Origin: Amoebidium appalachense
Taxonomy: Eukaryota > Protista > Ichthyosporea
DNA: 64,000 nt
Direction of reading: 5' to 3'
Assembly (NCBI GenBank): GCA_963693365.1
Contig: CAVNZM010000001.1
Location: 3,116,907 to 3,180,906 of the forward strand
Both the position numbers and the translations under genes were made by a program. Below the pieces are notes generated by a model, which made no database searches, had not been told where the DNA came from, and worked only from the letters and a program-made list of their open reading frames with translations. Below are positions 1 to 24,660 of this stretch, piece after piece. Position 1 is the stretch's first letter; each line of letters opens with the position of its first letter.

Positions 1-1082
1 AAAAAATAAACTATATACAAGTGTTCCCACTAGTAATGCTGCGCTCCCAAGCTACTCCTCAACTTATCAGACCTGTTGTTCAAAAAGAATTGCGCAGGGT
101 GCTGTTCGCGATCGCCGTCTGTGTACACATGTGGCCGCGGGAGGTTCGTCACAGGGTGGCCATTAGCTCAGTGAAGATGGCAGTATCGCCAAGAAGTTGT
201 TTGTAGACTCAAGGCGCAGACACAGAACAAACAAACAAAGAAGGCAAGTGAGGATGTCTACAAGAACAAGGGACTTGACAAGTGACAATCCGTGTGAACC
301 ACACACACAGAAAACCGGGAGTAAAAAGCCAACGTGGCTCGTCTTCTTTCAAGGGCAAGGTATTATTTAGATCAAGTTGACCAATCAATATACAGTTTTG
401 GTAGATCTGCCCCACATCTTACATTCCAGATCTGGCGTGCTTAGCAAGCTGGTGAATAAATTGCATGACATTAGGGAACTGTGCAAAATTCAGCCAGGAT
501 AAAAATCTAGTATACCCCGTGTGAAACGTTTGACATGTGTTCTTTAGATATTTTGAATGCTTGCATAACCTTCTATTCGCCTATAAATGAAACATAAAAA
601 TGCACGCTAATATAAGGAGTACGCTAAAGTATATCGTGTCAGTTCTGTCATTGAAGCCAACTGTAATGATCCACAACAATTGAGCCAACCCAATAACAAA
701 AATAAAATAATAGCATTTAACCCTATCAAAAGATTAAAGTTTAAAATTTGTCAAGGTTGCCCGCACTTTTCATTGGCTGGTGACGTACAGCCAATAGTTT
801 GCAAGATGATCAAAGAAGGCTTTGGAACAATAGGTTTCAAACACTTACCTAGACATAAGTAATATTTTTACTTACTACCTGCATACAAATTGACCAGCAG
901 GGCTTTATATTGATGTAGTTAGCAACAAGAACCATGACCCTAAGCTATTATTTTATTAGAAGTTGCCAAAGTTCAAAGTGTCAAGTGAAGCACGCGGCAG
1001 CTGAGCCAGTGGGCCGCCCGCGGTGGCTCAGCGGCCAGCCGGGATCGAAGCCCTACTGCGAGGCACAAGCCTCAGCCAGTGT

Positions 1083-1905
<823 letters not shown>

Positions 1906-3019
1906 CACACTGCGAACCATTGGCGGTGACTCTCTCGGTCAATAGCTATAGGTCGGCATTGTTTGTGCCACATAAATCATAATAAGCTGTTTTCAAAGCC
2001 TTTTAAAGGCGTATGCATACATACCTAGCCTATGATAGGCTAGGGCTAGGGCCCGGCCGGCCCGGGCCAGCCTGCAGCGTATCCCTCAGCACGTTGATGC
2101 TCAGGGAACCTTCAAGACAGAAAATTGTTATCACAGACTACTCTCAGAATGATAAGTAGAGTGCGACATGAAACCATATAAAAACCAGAACCCCGAGGCC
2201 AAGCAGGGTGACTGGGGAGGTTCGCGTACGAATTCGAAGCCGTTCTTCCGTGCTGTAGGCCCCGCCGGCGCCTGCCTTGCAACATGTATGTACATTGACA
2301 AAAATCGGAGCCTCGGAGATTCGAATCTGTGCGCCACCGGAAGATGATGCAGTGAATAAAAAAATTCATCCATTTGATTGGCTGTTCCCTCTGTTAACCA
2401 ATCATCAGCCTTCTTCTGTGAGCCTGGCGCCAGGAATGCAGGTTCGCATTCCACATTTGACCGCGCCGCCGGCCGGCGCCCGGCGCCCGGCAGGCGGCAG
2501 GCCGTATGATGTAGGCCTAACGCCGGACATTTGTCACGGCAACATAAACACTGGATAACACTTGGCCCACTATGTGCAACGTACCACTGACAGAGTGTTA
2601 TGAATTGTAAGGAAAATACAAGTCAACTTATCGGCTTGTAAGCCACATATATAAACCTTTACCCTTCAATCCAGAGCTTTATTATAGCGTTGGTTCCATT
2701 GCAAAAAGCTCCGGGGAACATCGAATGTTTGAACCTCCCTTGCACTTGAAGCCCGGACTCCAGTCGGTGGTCTGTAGAGCCACCGGCAGCTCTCATTTCT
2801 TAAAGGGTCGTACAGAAACAGAACAAGGCCTGCTATAGCTATTGGTATGCAAGCTCAAATGACAAGCATTTGGGCCATAAAACATCGCCAACAACAGACA
2901 TAGCTAATGCACACAGCAGAGTCAAGGTTACCCAGGAAGGAAGTGCTTCCATGGCTGTTACGCCATCCCCGTCTTTTCAAGCAGAGCCCTTGTGAGTGTG
3001 CCAGTTAGGTTCAAGGAAT

Positions 3020-15819
<12,800 letters not shown>

Positions 15820-16555
15820 TATTGAAGGGCACCACATGTGCACACATTCAGTGGAGAGAGGCACACACACGCACGCACAGACACGTGTGTGTACGCGCGC
15901 GCGCACACAGAAACATTCTTTTTGTGGGGAGGGGGGAGGGAGGGAGGGGAGGGGGGTGGTGATGCTATGATCACGTGTGTGTGTGCACCTTCTGCGTGTC
16001 TCGCCAGTGTACGTGCATGGTAGGAGAGATGGCCTTAATGCTATTAGGGACAGGCTTTGTACGTACTCATATGCCCAAGTGGCTACATAGCTTGACATCC
16101 CATTAATATTGTAAGATTATCATCTCGCAATGGACCAATCAGACGGCTGAATCGATAAATAGTAGTGACGATGAACGATAGGCTCGACCAGCCAGCTGGA
16201 GTTGAGCTAAATTTAGATGCACGTGGTTAAAATATAGTGAAGGCAGTGATCATGAATGTTGCCAAGGAACGACACAACATGGTGTCTGATGATGGAATGG
16301 AATAAAAAGCATTGATACATGTTTGATGGGAAAAAAAAAATTTTAAAAAAAAAATGGCCAGTGTACGACTGGATGAACGCTTAGCGCATGCACGTGCGTA
16401 GTACAGTCTCGAGTCCGCATACGAATACATGTATGCACGTGTACCCCCCGGCCCCCGGCTTGGCGCGCTCGGCCATGCCCCCCCGCCTCCTTCATGCGCA
16501 TGTGTACACACACCCACCATGCCTCTCTCTCCTCTCGCTGTTTCACTACAAATAA

Positions 16556-16603
<48 letters not shown>

Positions 16604-16702
16604 ACACACACACACCACCACCACCACCACCACCACCGGCCACCACCACACACACACACACACACAAACACATGCGCACACACACCACGTGCACCAGCGC
16701 CC

Positions 16703-16759
<57 letters not shown>

Positions 16760-17447
16760 ACAGTGCCTCCCCCTCCCCCCCCCCACCCCCACCCCCCCCC
16801 CCTCCACACACACACCACCACCACCACCACCACCATCACCACGCACACACACACACACACACACACCCAAAATTAGAATCTGCACACTGACAGCGCAAAG
16901 AACCTCGGACAGGGTCGAACATTTATTTAACCGTTGACAACCAAAAAAACACTCTTTATGGTCACACTGACGCGGTGCTCAGGTGCACCTTTAAAAACGT
17001 TCAATTACGTATATTTGTAGTAATATCAGCCTCAATATAATCAATTAATCACTCCTATGTACTATCTGCCACGTCATTCACAATTCACCAATACATGTTA
17101 TTACTAGCCACCTTGTAGAAGTAAACCCTTAACAGTTTTTCATTCGTGCCAGTATTTTGATTTTGAGCAAAAGAGTCAAACCTATAAGAGTTAGAATACT
17201 CACTGTCTATGCCAACCGTACATTCCGTGGACCAATAAAAGTGTTTGCACATGCATGCTAACTATCATCCACATGCACACACACAAGCTGCATAGACAAT
17301 GATGTGAGTCGACACTCATATCACCCATGTGTCGCGGCCAGTATGTGCGTGGGCAAACTTGGGTGAAAATGGCTACATACAAAACACGTTCTTTATTGGC
17401 TACTGTAGGTAAAACCCAGTGTTATCGTATTAGGGAGCCATCACCAA

Positions 17448-18029
17448 TCACACCCTTGCCCTGTCTGTGTCATCGCCTTGGGGTGACTCCTCGGCATCCG
17501 CCATCCTGTTACAATCCAATCAGTTACATGTTCCTTTCTGTCTTATCAGGCCATTAAAATCCCACTCAATCAGACACACACACAAGCGAGGGGGGAAAGC
17601 ACGTACGTACGTACACACACAAAAGTCCCCACACACACACACTTCACCACCTCTTCTTCCTCTTATCACACACATCCCACACATATCAACTAGTCACACA
17701 CACAATATACAAAACCACACGCGCCCGCGCACACGTCCTAACCCCCAACCACATGCAATACGCCTAATAGGACATCAACGTCATCATGTCACCAGAACTC
17801 CAATAAAGACTCATTCTCTATGCAGCTGGCTTTGGTTGAGAGGAAGGGGAGGGGGGGGAGGGGGGGGGGGGGGGGTAATGTATGTTTACACGTGTTTCAA
17901 AGGTGAGTCACAGTGTTTTAGTACGCAAATACACCTGTGTGAGTATGTGCGTTTGTCTGTGGTGTGTGTGGCTGCCCGTTTTCGCTTGTATTTGCACACG
18001 CAAACACAAAAGGCATAGTGTGAGAACGG

Positions 18030-18098
<69 letters not shown>

Positions 18099-18201
18099 TG
18101 TGTGTGTGTGCGTGCGTGTGTGCATGCGCGTGCGTGCTTGTGTGTGTGTGTGCACGGGGGGACGGGGTTGGGGGAAGAGAAGAAAGGACGGGGGGTGCTT
18201 T

Positions 18202-18232
<31 letters not shown>

Positions 18233-18500
18233 GGGGGGGAAGTTGACTTACGCATCATCGTCATCCGCCTGAGGGGCCTTCCTCCTCCTAAACCTCCCAA
18301 AGGGATTGTTGAACTTGGGTAATTCCGGCCACTCTTCAGCCCTCTGTATGCGCCCTATGAAGGTCTTCTCGGCACAGCCCAGCAAGATGATCAGGGTGTA
18401 GTTGACTATTAATAGCATCGTGTTGCCCGCTGCGGCCGCACTTGCCTCCGTGTCGAGTTGGGGCATGTGGTTGAACGTAAGCACTAGGTCTGTGCTCTGT

Positions 18501-18538
<38 letters not shown>

Positions 18539-18704
18539 GGGAGGGGAGGGAGCGGAGGGGAGGAAGGGGGGGGGGGGGGGGGGGATGAGAGGAAGAGGAA
18601 GGGGGGTGTCAAAAAGTTGATTGATTTTAGTTAGCATACACTTTTCCATGGTTCGGAGGTCCTCGATACCCCACTTTACCTGGTCCATTCTCCTCCTCCC
18701 TTTC

Positions 18705-18735
<31 letters not shown>

Positions 18736-19061
18736 CGAAGGAAACAAGAAGAAGAAGAAGAAAAGAAGGAACAACGAATCAAATCGATTGAGATCTTGAT
18801 TTATTCCAAAACTTGGAAATCGACTCCCAAAGCGAGCCGCCCCAGCCTCCTCTGCTGCCCCCCACCTCCCCCCCCCCCCCCCCCCCCAAACCAGCATGGC
18901 TTTCCTCTTGGTATGTCGCTATGGAGTAAATGAATGCGCTGCATCAACTGTGGTGTGGAATGTTGTCTAGGTCATGTACGTGAATGTTGTGTGTGCACAA
19001 CGTGTTGTGTGTTGGTGCGCGTACATGTGAGCATATATGTGCATGAGTGTGTTTATCCGCG

Positions 19062-19105
<44 letters not shown>

Positions 19106-19112
19106 GTGTGCG

Positions 19113-19187
<75 letters not shown>

Positions 19188-19425
19188 TGTGTGTGCATGT
19201 GTGTGCGCGCGCATGTGCCTGTGCCTGTGCGTGTGTGTGTGCGTGTGCGTGTGCGTGTGCGTGTTGTATGTGTGTGTGAGAGAGGGGGGGTATGTGTATG
19301 GGGGTGTGCATCAAAGTGCACGTGTCACTTATTGTGCAAACATGTACATGTCAGCCACAACCAAAACGATCCTTCATGCCAACACACGTGTATGTGCGCA
19401 GATGAACAAAGGGAGGAAGTGGTAC

Positions 19426-19465
<40 letters not shown>

Positions 19466-21136
19466 GGGGGGGGGGGGGGGTGTAAACGCACTGGGCAGGC
19501 GGGGGAGGTGGGGGGGGGGGAGGAGAGCGGGCAGGGGGGAGGGAGGAGAGAGGGGGGAGGGGGGGGGGGGGAGGGGGGGGGAGGGGAATAGATTACCAAT
19601 ATTGTGATCTGCACGGACATATTGAGGAGTGTCAACAGGAGGTGGCGGTAGTGGGTCATCTCATTGTACTTGAGCACCAACACCAGCCCTGAGAAAGGGG
19701 GGTTGGGGGGGGGGGGGGGGGGGGGGAGGTTCAAATTCAATTCAAAATGGCCAGTCGTTCATTGTGTTGACATCAAATTTGCCGTGATGGTGGAAGGGGG
19801 GAGGCTAGGTTATGTTACGGAGTATGAAGAACAAAATAGACAACAAACACCTCGCGCCGCGCAGGCAGGGGGGGGGGGGGGGGGGGGGGGGGAGTTAGAA
19901 GGCGTCACAGAGAACGAAGTACACACTCACGACGGATAACATATTGTGGAATAAAGGCCCGGGGGGGGGGGGGGGGAGGGGGGGGAGAGGAGGACTTGCA
20001 TGAATGTGGCACATACACAGTGGCCCGTACAACCGACATTCATTACATGTATGGTTTCAAATAAATACCCTCAATATTTATAGCCTCATAGTAAAAATCG
20101 TGAAGAAACCCATCTTGAAGCCCTTCATAAAGGTAAAGACAAACGTCCGACCGAGGGGTTTTTTTTCTTTTTTTTGGGGGGGGGAGGGAGGAGGAGGAGG
20201 GAGGGAGGGGGTTGCACACACCAAAGTTAAGGGCCGAAGAGGATATGCCGTGGGAACAAGAGAAAACCGGTGGAGAAGACAGGGGGGAAGCAGGCGGGGG
20301 AGCGGGGGGAGGGGGGGGGGGGGGGGGGGGGGGGGTTTGAATGCGTCAAAAAGTACGAAGTACACAAGAACAAACGGATAACACGATGCAGAATGCAAGC
20401 CATACATAAAGAGTATGCATAATAAGCAGAGCCCATCCTCAGGGGGGGCCCACGTCATCCACAGTACCCGAGTTTCGACCTATTCCCCTCGTTAACGAAA
20501 CCCAACTCAGATACTGTTTCACTTGAACATGAGTAGGTCACCCGTCTTGATCAGAGACGAGCAGGGTTGCTTATGCAGGCAAGGGCAGTGGGAAAGGCCG
20601 GGGGTTAAAGTTGCAGCAGTAAGCAGAAGCAAGAAAAATATAGATAGGAACTCAGGAGACGGGGCTTCTAGGAAGCTCCCCCGTCGATACCTAAGTCGAT
20701 ACTTCCCTGGCTAACATACTACACCAGCTGAAAAGAATTAAGTCCCGAAGGCCACAGAATTCGTAATCAGAGGGGAAAATATGAGATTTGACCCACGCCG
20801 CAGGGTAGTAACACGCTTACTAGGGCGGAACTTTATCGTCTTCGAACGGAAAGCTATGCCCCCGGATGTCAGCCGGAAATATGGTATCACCCATTGCTTT
20901 GGGCTTGAAAAAAGCCAAACCGATAGTCCGAGTTATGTTACGCCGGCGGGTAACATGCCGCATGGGTTCCAAGGGAGCTGTCGCCAACAGAGCGGTGTGT
21001 GCATGCGTGCGCGTAACGCAATGTGTGAAGTGTGTCTATAGCTATGAAAGGGGGTATGCAGAAGTGGACAGATGAAGTGTGTGGAGAGAAAAACAGCAAG
21101 AAGAAAAGTAGACACCGGTATGTGCAACCCCGCACA

Positions 21137-21171
<35 letters not shown>

Positions 21172-21232
21172 AATAAGCGAAGATTACAGGTAATCAACCA
21201 GAACAACAAATGACAAGCAAAACAACAGGCGC

Positions 21233-21265
<33 letters not shown>

Positions 21266-21270
21266 AGGAA

Positions 21271-21345
<75 letters not shown>

Positions 21346-21849
21346 GAGAGAGGGAGAGAGGGAGAGAGAGAGAGAGAAGGTGGGGGGGGGGGGGGGGGGA
21401 GGGGGAGGGGAGGGGGGAGGGGGGTCTTAGGGATGCTGCAGAATCGTCAGATATTAGACAAATCGTACCAATACGATCATTCTCTCATATATGTGAGAAG
21501 ATTGTGACTAACGATGTGCAGATCTGGTTAAGACCTGTTGGGTGTGCAGAGAAAATGGGAGGGGAAGGAGGAGGGAAAGGGGGAGGGGGGGGGGGGAAGT
21601 AAGAGAGGGGAGGGAATGTTAGAGTGTCAGTAGTCTCAGGGGACCCTGCAGAGTCGTTAGATGTCAGACAAAAACGCACCAACGACCAAGTTCTCCGAGG
21701 GGAGAAATGCGTAAAACGTTCTGCAGAGTGGGTTAGAGACCTGCTGATGAGAAGAGTGTATACAGGGTTTGGCCAGGGGGGGGGGGGGGGGGGAAAGGGG
21801 GGGGGAAAAAGAAGGTAGGAGGGGAAGGGGGGGGGGGGAGGAGAAGGGG

Positions 21850-21918
<69 letters not shown>

Positions 21919-21943
21919 GGGAAGGGAGGGGAGGGAGGGAGGG

Positions 21944-21984
<41 letters not shown>

Positions 21985-22352
21985 CTGTGGTGGACAGATC
22001 AGAGACGAGACCTCCATTTCAAAACTTACCAGGCAACCCAAAAAACCTAGCCGGCTGAGAAAGAAGAACGGCGGGGGAATTGTTTGGGAAAAGGAGCGGG
22101 GGGAGAGAGAGAGGGGGGGGGGGGGGGGGGGGGGGGGGGAGGGGAGGGAGGGGGGGGGAGAGGGGGAGAGAGGGGGAGAGGGAGAGAGAGAGAGAGGGAG
22201 GGAGAGAACGAGAGAGAACGAAAGAGAGCGAGAGAGGGAGACAGAGAGAGAGAGAGGGAGGGAGAGAGAGGGAGAGGGAGAGAGAGAGGGAGAGAGAGAG
22301 GGAGGGGGGGGGAGGGGGGGGGGGGGGGGGGGGGAGGTGGTAGGGGCTGGTA

Positions 22353-22383
<31 letters not shown>

Positions 22384-23383
22384 ACCGGGATAGAGTGGGG
22401 GACTAGGGAGTGTTGATCTTTTTAGTGATGATGGAGAGTATGTGAGAGGAGTGAACGCCACGGTATATGTGCGGGTGTGTGGCGAGAAAGCTGTGCATTT
22501 TGTGGTGCAAGAGTCTAAACGAGTAGCCTTTGTTAAGCAATGTTTTAGCAAGTCGTGCAGTGCATGTGGTGAATGCAGCAAGTGTGGAGCATTTGCGCTG
22601 GTAGCTATGCATTTGACTTGTCATGATGCCGTATTTTGCAGTGCGGGAGATGAATGAGTCGTGATGTGGGAAACGAACGATGTCTAGTGTATTGAACGTG
22701 GGTGTGTCGAGCTTGTTGTAGATGGTTGTGTGAATGCCGTGATTAGTGCAGGTGATATGGGGGGGGGGGGGGGGGTTTGAATGCGTCAAAAAGCACGAAG
22801 TACACAAGAACAAACGGATAACACGATGCAGAATGCAAGCCATACATAAAGAGTATGCATAATAAGCAGAGCCCATCCTCAGGGGGGGCCCACGTCATCC
22901 ACAGTACCCGAGTTTCGACCTATTCCCCTCGTTAACGAAACCCAACTCAGATACTGTTTCACTTGAACATGAGTAGGTCACCCGTCTTGATCAGAGACGA
23001 GCAGGGTTGCTTATGCAGGCAAGGGCAGTGGGAAAGGCCGGGGGTTAAAGTTGCAGCAGTAAGCAGAAGCAAGAAAAATATAGATAGGAACTCAGGAGAC
23101 GGGGCTTCTAGGAAGCTCCCCCGGGGGGGGGCAGGGCGATCCAGACAAGGAGGAGATCAAAAGTGCTGACGGGTATCTACAGTTCTTTTTCTTTTGTCGA
23201 TGGAATGTGCTCGTGGGAAGGTTGCATCAAAGACAAGAAAGAAATGAGGTGAGGGAAATATGAAATATATATATATATGAAGGACAAACTACCCCGTCCG
23301 AAAGGAGGGAGGCGGGGTGGGGGGGGGGGGGGGGGCGGGGAGGAGGGGGAAGGGGGGACCACCCCCCGTTTGGAGGGGGGGGG

Positions 23384-23421
<38 letters not shown>

Positions 23422-23683
23422 CTTACTGCCCTCTAAGAATACCAACCTATAAACATGGCTGCCTCTAGCACATAAGCAAATATAAAAACACCAAAGGATC
23501 CACCTCCAGGCAGGCATGCGACCCCCCCCAGGAACATCAATTTCCGGGATTGTGGATGTCTGAAAACAGAAGGAATTCTGTTTGATGGAAAGGGCAGACA
23601 TGCCGCATATGCCCACTATCCATCCAAGCGCTGTGTGTGTGTGTGCGTGTGTGCGTGTGTGCGTGTGTGCGTGCGTGTGTGCG

Positions 23684-23718
<35 letters not shown>

Positions 23719-24620
23719 CACGCAATTGTGTGCGTGTGTGTGTGTGTGCCGTGTGTTTGAGTGTGCGCTCGTACGTGCTGTGTGTGGTGAGTCCCTTGCA
23801 CGCATGTGCACACACCCACACAGTGGGTGGGTGCGGGTGTGTGTGCGCGCACGAGTGATGTTTTTTGTTCAGAAAGGGGGTTAATGGAAGCAAGTGGTAA
23901 GAAAACCGCCTGAGGGCCAAAGCAATGAGCTGGGCAGGGCCATGTCGCGGGGGGAGGGGGGGGGGGGGGGGGGGGGGGGAACCGGGGGAAGGGGGGGAGG
24001 GACGGAGGGAGCTGGGGGAAGGGGGGAAGGGGGGAGGGGGAGGGGGATTTTTTTTTTTTGGGGGGGGGGGGGGGGGGGGAGGCTCATAGGTTCTCCATTC
24101 TAGTGGGAAGAATTTTGTGTTCATGAATGACACATTGTAAAAATGGTGGGCAGGAGAGGGTGTGTGCCTACTTGTTTGTGGGAGGGAGGGAGGAAGCAGG
24201 GAGGGTACTATTGTAGCCGGGGGGGGGGGGTTTGAATGCGGAACACAGTACGAAGTACGCATACACGATGAGAAGCATGGTGCAGGACACATGCAAAGGC
24301 AAACATTCAACTATGCAGCATCAGCCATGCGCACAGTATGCGTCATAAGCAGAGCCCATCCTCAGGGAGGGCCCAAGTCATCAATTGCGTCTGAGTTTCG
24401 ACCCCTTAGCCCGCGTATATACGACGCTCCAACTCAGACAGCAGCATCAACTGAACTTGGGTGGGTCAACCCGTCTTGATCAAAGACGAGCAGGGTTGGG
24501 GGGGGGGATTTGAAAAGAAGAAGCCAGCACAGAGGGAGAAGGACATGGTGAAAAATCAGCGCCTATTTTCTGATATGGAAGCGAGAATAACACAAACATG
24601 TGTGTATGTGTGGGCCGGGG

Positions 24621-24660
<40 letters not shown>

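Larger units (their letters stand above)
20336..23123 (-). mobile_element. Penelope-like retroelement insertion with partial-tandem (pseudo-LTR) structure in intron 2 of the Sho1-like gene
   Basis: Two 348-bp direct repeats (23123-22776 and 20683-20336, one visible mismatch) bracket a 5'-truncated RT C-terminal coding fragment. Junctions are G/C homopolymers. That the intervening 20684-22402 belongs to the element is inference. Confidence 0.7.

Noticed and set aside
21-862. Short ORFs at the window start
   Set aside because: About 60-68 aa, non-ATG starts and no recognisable homology.
990-1055. tRNA/SINE-like A box (TGGCTCAGCGG) and B box (GGGATCGAAGCC) within a GC-rich inverted repeat
   Set aside because: The boxes are only a few nt apart, there is no anticodon arm or cloverleaf, and no second copy exists in the window.
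20425-20462. SECIS-like hairpin (AUGAC..GGGCCC/GGGCUC) in the PLE repeat
   Set aside because: It lacks the 3' GA of the quartet and the apical AA, and there is no in-frame UGA in the RT fragment.
20375-20515. Twister-like (UAA..AAGC..GCAGAG) or RNase P-like (AACCCAACTCAGA) reading of the plus strand
   Set aside because: The required P2 and pseudoknot partners are absent, the motifs are not conserved in copy C, and the spacing is far too short for RNase P.
22030-22054. 25-nt minus-strand segment with good acceptor and donor as a possible extra exon of the Sho1-like gene
   Set aside because: It is not needed. Using it to bypass the frameshift leads to a stop in the next exon, and it lies inside the inferred retroelement.
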